Below are positions 35,902-48,000 of a stretch of 64,000 bases of DNA, piece after piece. The DNA is from Yuukianura sp. NJ FZ-2021. Lineage: Eukaryota. The position numbers were made by a program, and so were the translations under genes. The notes beneath the pieces were generated by a model, which saw only the letters and a program-made list of their open reading frames with translations, was not told where the DNA came from and did not search any database. Where the stretch lies: NCBI GenBank assembly GCA_046563655.1, contig CM102289.1:1426001-1490000 (forward strand). Reading direction: 5' to 3'. How positions within the stretch are numbered: position 1 is the first letter of the stretch; each line of letters begins with the position of its first letter.

Positions 35902-36785
35902 ATGGACAGTTTTTCTATAAAATATTGTGGGAAGTTTGTGGTTCAGGTCACTGGGAACGTTGAAATGCAAAATGTAAAGTGGTCATTTTACGTGAACATC
36001 ACCCGAAGGCAAGTTAGAGTCTGTTTGATTCTTCCAGCTCCAATTGAAGGCAAGTTTTTAAATTAGTTTTAATTAATTTTTAATTTTGTTAAATTAGTTT
36101 AATTAAAGTTTTTAAATTCCGTGCCCCATCTCCATCGCCTCCAACTGTCGGCGCCACGTTTTTGCATCGTTTTGTGTTTTCTATTTTAGGCCGGGCAGTT
36201 CTGAATTATGACTTTGGAGGGGCCACAAACCCGAATAGAATCGTGTACTTGGGAGATGTGTCGCAACAAGTTCGCATTTTTTCTGTTCAAGACGAGGAAT
36301 CTATCGAAGAGATCAATCTGAAATTAGTATCTGCTGGTAAATACGTCAATTTACTAAATTTGCTAAATTACTCACCTATTTTGTCTAAATTTTTGAAAAT
36401 TTATAATTAACTGTTGACTTGGATTACACGACATCTCACATTTGCTATGTTTTTAGAGTATACAGTTCTAAGAGGACTCCTCGATACGTATGCTCTACTT
36501 GGCTTTATCGCGAACAATGTAAGTCCATAAGTCCACAGCAATTTTCGTTCACGCACAAAATTGAATTTTTTGTTTCGAAATACGTTTTTCGTTTAGTTTC
36601 GAATTTTGTTAATCCTGGAAATTACTATATGCTACACCAACTTGGTATTTTTGCTTGAACGCCACACTTTACATCAACTGTGCAGGCATTAGTTTCTTTT
36701 ATGCATGAAAATTTAACTGCATGGCTTCATTCCTTTTTGGCTGGGTGGTTCAAAGGTTACGCCGACGGAATATCGAGGCCTATGA
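35902..36785 (+). CDS. Orphan 128-aa protein, paralog 2 (exons 35902-36049, 36190-36336, 36457-36518, 36756-36785); GC-AG first intron
   Basis: MDSFSIKYCGKFVVQVTGNVEMQNVKWSFYVN...RVCLILPAPIEGRAVLNYDFGGATNPN...LRGLLDTYALLGFIANNVTPTEYRGL*. Exon sizes 148/147/62/30. Confidence 0.78.
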
Positions 36786-37063
36786 ATTGATGGAAGACCC
36801 TTGAATAGTCGGAGTTTGCACAGAACTTGGCGCATTTGAGGGAAAAATTTCACACTTTCCACATATTTTTAGGATTATAAGTCAAAATTTTGTACAAATG
36901 TAGTGCATGTGTGCTTTTTTCAGGACTCGATGCTTCGATGATTAAAATTTCATAGTTTCCGCAAGTGCCAGAAACTTATTTTTGCACAATTTTAGTGTCC
37001 AGTTTTATTTCTTTGGAGTAGAGTTGCTACTTTTTGAAAAAAAATTCACTTAAAGAAAAAGTT

Positions 37064-37961
37064 TCAGTATTTGCATCCAGTTTGGTTAGATTCAGCGTAG
37101 TACTCGGATTCACCACGAGCCAATTTTCCCATAACGTCTTTCAACATACGATTGCACAGAGCTGCATATGGATTCATCTGAACCAACTGAGCTTTAGCAA
37201 ATTGACTGCCTAACTTCGCTGCTGCCTCAAAATCAACCTATTAAGTCAAATAAAGTAATAAATTAAAAATAATTTAAATAAATTAAATTATTTAATGCTT
37301 GACCTTGGCATCTTCACTTCGATTCTCCTTCAAGGCTATGAGTGCACGCTGACACAAGGCTTGTCGACCGGTACGCCCTTTCCGCTCACTCAAGGCCAAC
37401 GCACTTTCCAAGTCCAGTTTAGCTTCTAAAAACAGAAACACAGTTTTTTTTGAAAAAGTAGTCAAAATTTTGAAAGTTTTTTTTAAAAGTCACCTTCAAT
37501 GAGCCCTTTGAGTCTGTACGTTTGTGCTCGGTTGTTGTAAGGCGATGCTCGAAATGGCATGATTTTGATTGCTGATGAAAACAGTTCCAGCGCTGTGTCA
37601 AAGCGACACGCTTCGGCTGCTCTGACTCCTTCCAGCTCCAGCGATCGCGAAAGCTCCGCTTCTTCACTTTCGTCATTCACTACTTCATTGTCATCTTGTA
37701 CAAATTACATAACGTATAAAATATCTGATACAGTAATTATATAAAAAAATTCAACCAAATTTTTTCAGAAAATTCTGACGACTAAAACTGAACTAAAAAC
37801 TCAAATTTTCCAAAAAGTCAAATCGTTTCAAATTTTAGAAGCTTATTTTTAAAAAAACTCCCCATACCTTCTAAAACTTCTTCTTCGACCAACGGAGTGC
37901 CTAGTGGAAGCAGAGGATTGAAGATGTGATTCAAAATTTCACGATCTGCAGCAGTTGACAT
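37064..37961 (-). CDS. TTC36: Tetratricopeptide repeat protein 36 (exons 37961-37868, 37694-37494, 37425-37304, 37237-37064)
   Basis: [14 protein letters not shown]...[10 protein letters not shown]...[13 protein letters not shown]...QALCQRA...[31 protein letters not shown], the characteristic TTC36 sequence. Confidence 0.92.
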
Positions 37962-38418
37962 TTTGAAAAAAAACTAAATTGAAAATTGAAAGATCTCAAA
38001 TTCTGAAATTTGAAATTAGCCTATATTCTACGTGGTGCAGGTTAAAGTGGTTCAATTGAACTAAGCACATCCAATAATAAGATGTTCAAGGTCAACCAGT
38101 TTTGAACCTGGCTGCAAGTGAATCTGGATGGCAATGGAATTTTTTGCTTTGCGCATGTGCAAAAAAAAAATGAGAATTTTTCCATAAAGAAATTATGTCA
38201 CACGTTTTTTATTTTGAGATTCACGTGACACTAAAAATTCAACTTTTTCGGGCGTTTAAACCTCCGTTTTCGCTACTTTTGTGTTTTCTTTTTCATAAAA
38301 TGTTAAACACTAAGGTGAGTTCTTTGTTAAGAAATTAATTTATTGTCAAAATTTTGGACAAAAAGATATGTACACTTTGATTCAAAGTTTAAAAAGTTAA
38401 CACTTTTCAGGCCAAACT

Positions 38419-39056
38419 TTAGTGATGAAGATGATGTCGGGCCTCATTGCGCAACAAAACAATGAAACTGCGGCTCAAACTGGTAATTTCTGTCAGTGAT
38501 TTTCGGAACTCGTGTCGAATGTTTTCCACCGTAAGTTGTGGAAGTTTAGTCAAAATCGGGGTGATCAAAGCCTCTACTTTGTGTAGCATTGACCTCAAAC
38601 TGTTGATGTAACCTCTCGCACTAGTCGGGGTCAACGACTTGTCGCCAACTTCTTTTGTTAATTTGTCCAAGTTGGTAGCAATTTCAGGTCTGGTTGAATC
38701 CAGCGCATTTTGGAGTTCTGCGCCGACTGCTGCATTGCCCCGAATTCCCTCTGCCACCATCGACTCAACCATCCTCGTGATCGCTTTTCTAATTTCGTTC
38801 ATCTTTTCCACAATTTGGGACCAGTTGACGTCGTGGTCATGGTCAGCAGCTAAAGCCAAAAGAATATATTATCCAAATTGTATTATATTATTTAAATTGT
38901 ATTATAATTATTTAAAATGATTTCGCAACATTTTTTGAGGCTGGCAAACAACGTCCTACTTATTAGTAGTTTTTGTAACAATTGGTTATTGTAACAACCT
39001 GGAGATGCCGAACACGCCAAAAATCCAAAAACCAAAAGAACGAAAGTGACTTTCAT
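38419..39056 (-). CDS. Secreted amphipathic helical protein, ~165 aa (exons 39056-38999, 38849-38419)
   Basis: Signal peptide MKVTFVLLVFGFLACSASP, phase-1 intron, Cys-free mature region with heptad-like helices and His-rich ends. Confidence 0.8.
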
Positions 39057-40170
39057 GATTACTGCCTGGAAAAAGTCGAAAACTGAAAATCAAAATTTTA
39101 GGTTTTGACGTTTCGGGAACCTATTTGACTTTTGACGTTTGACGAACTTAAGAAAATCTGAGATTCATTGAGAGCTTTTATACATTGCTTGGACAATGTG
39201 GAGATAATGTCCAGAAATATCAAGTTATCATTGACTTCGGGCGATTTTGAAGAACAATGCAAAATATTACCATAGCCTATTTTTTCTTATAAATCGCCTT
39301 CATCCAAGGCATTACTCCAGAACCGATGGAGAAAAAATTTATGCCAAATGCTATAATAGCCTACGCAAGAACGAAATTAAAAAGAAGCTTTCTGGACTTT
39401 GAACTTTTTGTGACGATAATCTTGTAACTATCATCGGGCGTCATTTCAGTGGAACAGAAAAGACATCTCCAAGGTCAGCATAAAGTGTCGAAGGTCAACA
39501 GTGCAAAAAAGTGAAATTCGTCTCGATTATCATCAGATTGTGCTAAAACAGGAATATTCTAGATAATTATTGAGCACACTCAACTATTTACATAGCAATG
39601 TTTCAAAAAAAAATGCAAACTAACTACATAACATTAATATAGTAAAAGAAAAAATTATTCGCTTATGCTATTTCAAATTGGACTTTGGTGACAACGTTTA
39701 AAAATGAACAAAAAGACTAAAAATTTATTCTTTCGGAAGCGTGTATTTCCGCGAATTTTTTTTCTCCAAATGTTGCATATGTGGCTGTGGTTTTTCCAAA
39801 AAAAAACTGGTTTGGTTCCAAAAAATTATGAACTTCAGAACTTTCAAAATTTGCCGGAACTTGAACTTTAATTTTTCTGGTAACACTGAAAGTTTTATCA
39901 ATAAGTGATCAATCATCTACACAAAGAGCACAACACCTGAGTATATTGTAATTTCAACACAAAAAGTACATATATCAATTGAAATGTCCAAACCAGAAAT
40001 TTTTTTAAATTTTGCCAGTGTATTTAAACTCCACCGGCAAAACTCAAATAACAACATTAACTTTTTAAACAAAAAGGTAATGTAATAAAAACTAAAACAA
40101 AATTTGAAATTTTCGAATGCGATATTTAAGATTTATTTTTTCAATTTCAGAAACTTCCAATTTTTCAAAC

Positions 40171-40614
40171 ATGTCAGCACTTCCGATCTTCTTGAGCGCA
40201 GTTATTCTAGTGTCTGGACTTTTTGACTGTACAGATGCCACGGCTACACACTGTGACCGTTGGAACGGAAACCGTGAATACCGTTGTGCTAAAGACAACT
40301 ACCGAGATGACGCCATTCGAATTACAAGCAGAGGAGAGCGCGTAGAATTCAAAATTGGGAAATGGGTATCTGACTGTGGCAGAGGAGGAGTCAACTACGA
40401 AAATATTGACAGTTTCGTAGATCCCGGTAGAAGTAGAGACTACTACTTCCGGTCAGCAGGGAATGGAAAATGTGAAGAATTTTACATTCACAACTGCCGT
40501 GTCCGTGGTGATGGACGCGACTGCGTAAACGTCCTTAGTCCAAATCCTGTCAATCGCAACTTTGTTCAACCACCGCGCCGCACTGAAGCACCGAAAGGGG
40601 CTATTTTCTTGTAA
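40171..40614 (+). CDS. Small secreted 6-Cys protein, copy 1 (single coding exon, 5'-UTR intron)
   Basis: Signal peptide MSALPIFLSAVILVSGLFDCTDA, then THCDRWNGNREYRCAKD...KCEEFYIHNCR...DCVNVL; close paralog ~1.3 kb downstream. Confidence 0.85.
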   Translation: MSALPIFLSAVILVSGLFDCTDATATHCDRWNGNREYRCAKDNYRDDAIRITSRGERVEFKIGKWVSDCGRGGVNYENIDSFVDPGRSRDYYFRSAGNGKCEEFYIHNCRVRGDGRDCVNVLSPNPVNRNFVQPPRRTEAPKGAIFL

Positions 40615-41457
40615 AACTACTGCTTTAGTAGTAAAATGGCCAATAAATTTTAAAAATTTCAAAATTTTTAAAAAATTTGTTTGGAATAATTTATTAAGTG
40701 GCGGAAGCCAGTTTTTGGATTGACCTTATTTGACTGATTGATTTGCAAGAGATAGACGCAAAGTATTTCCAGAAAAAATATTGTTATAGGCTGTGTGTTG
40801 TTAGGTTAGGTTTTTGAATATTCTTAATTACTGAACGTACCAAATTGTTTTATGGTATTTTCAAAAAAAAATTGATTTGAAACAGTTATAAATTGATTTT
40901 GAACATGAGTACTAACAAGAAATTTAATCTACCAGTTACGCACTATTATTTGACATTTATTGCGATATATTATATCGCAACATTTAAAATATGAACAAAT
41001 GCTCAAAATTTATTATTTTGAAAGTGTTTGACATTTCGACGAAATTAGTTTAGGAATGTTAGAAATGTGGCTGCGGTTTTCTAAAAAAAAATTGTTTAGT
41101 TTCAACAATAATGAAAGTTCAAAACATGAAGCCGCTATTTGAAGTTCTTTTCTGGAAACGCTGAATGCTTTATTTGTATGTGATCAGTCACCGATACAAT
41201 GAACACAGCAGCTGAGTACAATTATTTAAAAGTAAAAAACAAATATATCAACTTAATTGTCCAAAACGGTATAATTTTTTAAAATTCGTTCCCTATATAG
41301 TCCACCCGAAAAAATTTAACTGGAAAATTAACTTTTATCGCAAAACTTTGAAACTTAGAATTTAGAGCAAACGGTAAGGGAAAACAAATTAAGACGAAAT
41401 TTTGGGAATAACTAATTGAGTTTTTTGTGTTTCAGAAACTTAAGAAATTTTTTCAAC

Positions 41458-41861
41458 ATGATTCGGATTTTCTTGACCGGAGTTATTGTAGCGTCGGGAT
41501 TTTTTGAAGCTACAGAAGCCACGGCGACACACTGTGACCGTTGGAACGGAAACCGTGAATACCGTTGTGCCAAAGACAACTACGGAGAAGACAGCATTCG
41601 AATTACAAGACAGGAGATGAGCCCGTAGAATTCGACATTGGGAAATGGTTGTCTCATTGTGGCCAAGAAGGAGAAAACTACGAGAAATTTGACAGTTACT
41701 TAGATCCTGGCATGTACAAAGACTTCTACTTCCGGGAAGCAGGGAACGGAAGATGCGAAGAATTTTTCATTCACAATTGCCGGGTCGGAGGTCACTATCG
41801 CGACTGCGTCGACGTCCTCCAGGCCTCCATTACGCCAAATCCTGAGGCTATTTTCTCATAA
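41458..41861 (+). pseudogene. Small secreted 6-Cys protein, copy 2, frameshifted near 41610-41625
   Basis: The N-terminal half (THCDRWNGNREYRCAKDNY) and C-terminal half (VEFDIGKWLSHCG...RCEEFFIHNCR) are in different frames; 17 nt sit where copy 1 has 15. Confidence 0.78.
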
Positions 41862-42061
41862 ACCTACTTATGTAGTACTAAAACGGGCAATAAAGTTTCG
41901 AAATTTCGAAAGTTTCAAAACATTTCTTTGGAATGATTTTTGTGCCTATACTTTTGAATGTTGCTGAGAGATAAATAGGTCGAACATGATAGGATTTTAA
42001 TGTTAGAGCAGAGAGATATTGCTCTCGGAAGAATATTTGTAAACGAAAATGACAGATGCAG

Positions 42062-42248
42062 AAGTATTTCCAGCACAATACTGTGGCGTCTGGCAGCAAA
42101 ATATAGGTGGAGCCTGACAGCTCAAGGGTTAGAGCTCTTCCTGGATTGAAGAGATGTGGGTTCGAATCCGACTTGCTCCATTCTTTTTTTCCACGCTCTC
42201 TTTGTCTTGTGAGCCCTGAACCTCACAATACTTGTGCTGGAAATACTT
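42062..42248 (+). mobile_element. TIR-bounded element containing a degenerate tRNA-like (Pol III A/B box) sequence at ~42108-42180
   Basis: 17-bp perfect inverted repeat aagtatttccagcacaa / ttgtgctggaaatactt. Inside: D-arm gctc-aagggtta-gagc, anticodon-like arm tcttc-ctggatt-gaaga, B box GGTTCGAATCC, then a T-run. Confidence 0.7.
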
Positions 42249-42309
42249 ATAGGTTATGCTGACTACAAGATTAGGCTATGTTATGTTGTTCAGGAATATT
42301 GCTCTACAT

Positions 42310-44139
42310 TTAGAAGCTGACTTTTCCTCTGACTTTGTAGAAACCGAGAGAATTGGCATTGTGGAAGAGAGAGGCGATTCCCACGTAGGTTTCAATGATA
42401 ATCGGTTTATACTCGATCCGACAAATCGGAGATCGTTCTCCGCCGCTCCCTTCGCTTAACACGTCAATCAGCTCCCGTGAAAAGGCCTCGACATCAAAAG
42501 AACGATTGGATCCGCCTCCACCTATTAAAAAAAGTTAAAGTTAGGCTAGTTAGCCTAATGTTAGGCTTAATTAACGTTAGTTTGTTAGGCTATATTGACC
42601 TTTGTGCCACAGGAGAGGATGAGAAGTGAAGGTGATCCAAGGAATAGATTTGTTGAATGGATTCCATTTTTGAGTAAATGTCACCGGCGACTCTTCGTTC
42701 CAAAGCAATCTGATTCCTTCAACATTTCGAGTTCTAAAATTTTGAAGGAAAAAAAAATTTTTTAAACGAAAAATTGTTTTTCAGAAAATTTTTGGAAACT
42801 GTATTTGATGGAAAACTTTTGACAGTGTATTGAGAATTTGGAATTTTGGTGATTGGGAGTGTTTACCTAGGCTCAAAATTTTCAAGAGCAAGAGCAGTCA
42901 TGAGTGATTTTGAGTGCGGAGTTTCCCGTGGCGGTAAATTTTGATTTTGCGGTGGAGAAGATGGCGCCGAATCAGTCGTTGTCGTGGATACTGCTGCGGT
43001 GGGTGTCTTTTTGGCCATTACGGCACTCCCTACGGATTCCATAGTGCCCTGAACGGTAGGAATTATGCAGTCTTTCATTACCCCAACCAAACCACCCGCA
43101 ATTCCATTCAGACGCCTGAAAACAAGTGAAATTCTAAAAGATGTTGGAAAATTTTAAACTTTTTCAAAAATTTTGAAAGGAATCTTACGGTGCTAAAGAC
43201 CGCTGTGGGTACTTCAGTTCTCCTCGCAGTATTCTGTCTACTCCGGCAAGAGTAACACGTCGATAGTCCTCCTTTTTCATTCCGATAAAATCGTACTTGA
43301 CAATCACGATTGTCTTTTCACAAAGCACCACAATACGCTCTTTTTCGTTGTCCCAATGATCAATCCTAGCAAAGAAAAAACCGAAGTAAGTTACCGTAAG
43401 TACCTTAATCCAAGCATGACTGTTAGAATTAACTAATTCTAAGCACTAGGTTTTAAAAAAAATGAAAAATTGCTGAGGTCAGGTTGGAGGGATCGTAGCC
43501 ACGGCCATCACTGATGAGTCGGGAACACTATACAGAAGGCTATTTTCCTCAAAAACGATCTTCTTAATTTTTTTAAGTTGTTTTGATCATTTTCTAAGCT
43601 TACTCTGTTAAAAGCCATGTTCCACGAAGAGTTCCGTCGGATTCTTCGACTAGTTTTTCCACTTCTTTCAGCACGTGATTAAGTATGGAGTCTCTGTAGG
43701 CAAAAAATTCTTTGGCTTCGTTATCCGACTTCGGAGGTCGCGGACTCTGCGGTCTCCAGTACAAGTTTGGGCTGACTTGACCTCTGTACTTTTGGCTTTG
43801 AAACAGCGGAGAGCCACATCCAGAATTGAGACTCACCGTACTATGTCCATCGTCGGGTGACAGCGAACGAGGGGTCATCGGGGTCACGGAGATCATCGGT
43901 AAGTCACATAGGTCAGCCGGTTTTAACTTATTCCGCTTGATGTGGTTGTCAATCTCGGTGGCCTCGAGCCCAAGACACACCTCGTCGTAGGCACCATTTC
44001 CAGAATTTAAATCTTCCTGTTGGTCGTCATCGTCGTCGCCATTGTGGTTCATCTGCAGTTTAACTTGGCTGAAACTTTCGTGATGGTCGTCTAGCAGTTC
44101 ATCGTCTGAGGCAAATGCCAAATCTTTTGACGGTGTCAT
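42310..44139 (-). CDS. TPRG1L: Tumor protein p63-regulated gene 1-like (hSac2-domain) protein, multi-exon
   Basis: GTWLLTE|IDHWDNEKERIVVLCEKTIVIVKYDFIG...KWNPFNKSIPWITFTSHPL...IETYVGIASLFHNANSLGFYKVRGKVSF*. Confidence 0.88.
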
Positions 44140-45067
44140 AGTTGACACTTTCACTCTAACTTTCACTTGACCATTTTAAAATGTCTTGCTTCTTTCTTGT
44201 TGAAACGAAATTGTGAATTGAAATTTTAATTTCATCTGAACTTGAATCATTTCTCAGAAGTTTTTGTTGGATGTGGTTTGACTTTTAAGAAGAAAAAAGT
44301 GACATTTTCGGTGTTGATTTTCAACTTTTAGCCCTTCCCGGAAATGTTCCAGAAAGTCCATGACTCACTCCAATAAGAACCGAATTCGGACTCGTCCAGA
44401 TCCGGTGGACAACCGAACAATAGCGTAAGCCGCAACCATTGCAAGTAAGAAGAAGATCAATTACTTTACATTAAAATTAAGCTGAAAATCGCGGAACATT
44501 TCTCAAAAAATTTTAAGATCAAGTTTAATTCAACAGTAAAAGTTTTATGTAACTTTCAACATAGTGATGCGGTTTCTAAAATTTTTCACTTTGTGGATAC
44601 ACAAGGTTGACGTCAGCCTTACTGCAACCGCGTGTATCCTGTTTTTGCCATTACTTTCTTATCTTCATCGCTTCAGCTTAAAAACTCTCATCTTCTCGCC
44701 TTTACAAGCTGAATTCCAAACCATTTGACAAGAATAGCCTTTTCTAAGCAAAAAATGAGTGTGATCTGTTCTGGATTGGTGTGAAGTGAGAGAGTGGGGG
44801 GCCATAAGGTCACGGAGAACAAGATTCCTGTCTGCACCATTCATCCAGAAGTGCTGGCAGGGGAAGGAGGTGCACAAAGTAAGTGGGACAATTTTACTCC
44901 GTTTTGAAAGCTCTGTAAAGTCAGTTAAAAGTTTAACCTCAATACTCAACTACACGTCTGCTCAATTGCCAGTTGGAGATTCCAGGTCAGTCAATTTCTA
45001 TACCAAATTATTGTGGCATTCGGGTTTAGATTAATTATATGTCTAATTTGTTGTATTCAGGTAAACA

Positions 45068-48000
45068 ATGGGGTCCAAATCAGCTGTTCCCGGCTTCTAT
45101 GAGTTCCTCATCGAAGCAGAACTGCAACAATACTACAATGCGCTTAAAAACGAACTCAAGGTGACATTAGCTAAGATTTACTCTCAGTCAAAAGTTAGTT
45201 AGTAGTTAGTGTAAAAATATGGACAGGACAGGTATAGTATAACTGCTGAAGTTGTATCAAGATAAACTGCAACTTCTTTTCTACATTACAGGTCCAGAAT
45301 GTGTCTCAGCTCAAGTACGTATCAGAAGATGACATGGCTCACATCGGAATGTCCAGGCCCGAAATGCGGCGACTCGTCAAGTTCTTCCACAAACACTGTC
45401 CACAGACTTACCTCGCCAAAATGAAAAAGGTGACTCACAGAGATAAATAAATATTGATCGTAATTAGCCAGTTTGTTTTTAATTCCATCTTTCCCTCTTC
45501 CTTCTAGAAACTGCTTCAACGACGTGATGACTCTACTAACTCTGCTGCTCTGTCTGGTCCATCCTCAACTATTCCTGGCCGTTCACCTCGAGCTATAGCT
45601 CCAGGTCGGCACATCATCCAAGCAGATGCAATCGTTAGGTATAACTACACAAAACATCTCTTTGTTTGTTCAGTGCAGGGTGTTGGTAATCTAATTTGAT
45701 CGGTATTGATTAGTCATAAGACGCTTGGCTCAGGAGAATTTGGCACGGTGCAGCAGGGTGTTTGGACGAGCGAAGAGGGAGAGCGGGTGAGTCACTTTCA
45801 GAATTACTTCCTTTTACGACTTCTTCTCAACTTTCATTTTTCCCTGACGACTAGAGTTCTGAAAACTTTTCTTTTTCTGTTCCAGATCCAAGTGGCCATA
45901 AAATGTCTAAGTCAAGAACGAATGGAGAATAACCCGGTGGAGTTCTTAAAAGAAGCGGCCATCATGCACAGTGTGGATCATGAGCATATCGTCCGACTTT
46001 ATGGAGTCGTCCTCGACACTTCATCACTCGTCCTCGTAATGTCACAAAATCTACCATAATCGTAGCAAAATCGTTTTTATCCGTCAGTGATTTCAAGAAA
46101 CTTGTTTGTTTTTTTTTTGGTCGAAGGTCACGGAACTCGCTCCACTTCGCTCTCTCCTGGAGTGCCTTAAGGTACCACTAAAAACTGCTGCCGCCGTATT
46201 TCAGTACTCCGGCAGTGCTACTGCCTCCGCAGCACATTTTGAGCCTTTAAAAGTGAAAACTCTAAACATTTGTGTTCTATTTCACAGGAACCATCAATGC
46301 GTCCAAATCTCACCATCCAAACCTTATTTGACTTTTCGATCCAAATTTGTTCAGGCATGGAGTACTTGGAGTCAAAACGACTCATCCATCGGTAAGTTTT
46401 TCATATTATGTGAGAAATGATATGAAAAAGGTGTGAAAAATGGCACTTCCTTGAAATTTTTTAGCACGCTTTCCACTCCTTCGCTCCTTACATCACAAGT
46501 TGCTGAGTCGTCATTCACTCAATCCAGTTTATTTGTGTTTCTGTTTTTAGTGACTTGGCTGCTCGTAACATTTTGGTTTTTTCCAAGAGCAAAGTGAAGA
46601 TATCGGATTTCGGCCTCTCTCGAGCTCTGGGAGTAGGAAAAGACTACTACCAGACCAACTTTAATGTCAACTTGAAACTTCCTATTGCTTGGTGTAAGTT
46701 ATGGAACTCAAGATTTCATGCAAAACTAAAACTTTTTTTGATTTTCTTTTTTGGATTCTGGTTTTAGGTGCTCCTGAATGCATCAACTTCCTCCGGTTCA
46801 CTTCTGCCTCGGATGTTTGGGCTTTTGGTGTCACGCTATGGGAGATGTACAGTTACGGGTTCCAGCCATGGGCTGCCCTCACTGGACAACAAATTCTGGA
46901 TTCCATTGACGAACCAAACTATCATCGACTGGAACGACCAGAATCCGCTCCAGCTGAAATCTACTACCAAATTATGCTCAAATGCTGGCAGCATGACCCA
47001 GCTGATCGGCCAACATTTGTGGAGCTTCTGAATCTCCTACCAGAGGTTGGTTATTTGAAACGTCAACGTGAAAAAAAATCATTCAATCAATCAATCCGTT
47101 TATTGATTTGGCCAATGCCCGATAAATTACATTCCTGCAGCATTAAAAAAAAACTGAATTTTTCATATATTTTTTCAGTGTAAGCCGGAGCTGGTACAGG
47201 CCATTCGTGAGAGTAGTGGAAAAAGCAGAGATTATTTATCTTTTGAGCCAGGAGATCTCATTACTGTCATTGACAAAAAGTAAGCAAAACATTCCCTTTC
47301 AAAAAATGTAAATCCAAAAAAAGATTGTTTTTTGGATTTACATTTTTTTTGAAATTTACATTAGTCACTTGTGACTGATCGACTCCAAGTGCTACTGTAA
47401 TCTTATCCAGTTCATTTCCGGTGTTTCTACTCAGCGATTTCTTGGGTTGAGTCCAAAACCGCAAGTTCACATGCATCTTCCTCTTGTGTCAACTGTCAAT
47501 GTCAGTACATGAACACGAGAGGATGAATGTGCACTGGAATGAAATTAAATGTTGGACAATTGCCAATTAAAATGCGTTTCTTGTATCTTCCCACACACTT
47601 AGTGCCGAGATAAATCCAAACTAATTGCTTTTACATTCTACACATAATTTTCCGAATCAACGCAAGCGGCACTTCCGAGTTCTAATTTTAGAACACACTT
47701 CTTGCCCTATACATAGGAAATTTTCTTTTTACAAGTGAATCATTCTACATTTTTTATGCTTGTTACTACAGAATTCCTGGCGCTGAAGATACTGGGGCGC
47801 TGGAGTGGAAAGGAGTTTTAAAATGCGGGAAAACAGGATTATTCAATCCAGCACATACGATTACTTATCTCGGGTCCAGTTTACCATCGGCCAAGGATTT
47901 GTCGCAGCGATTTCAGCGCAACGGTAACAACAACAACTTGATGCCACTTTGACATTGATCTTGAATGATTCATTCAAATATGTTTGTCAGCGAAGCACAC

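Noticed and set aside
42108..42180. Functional tRNA-Ser(GGA) gene
   Set aside because: Mismatched acceptor and T stems, no long variable arm, and it is enclosed in TIRs; better read as a tRNA-derived repeat.
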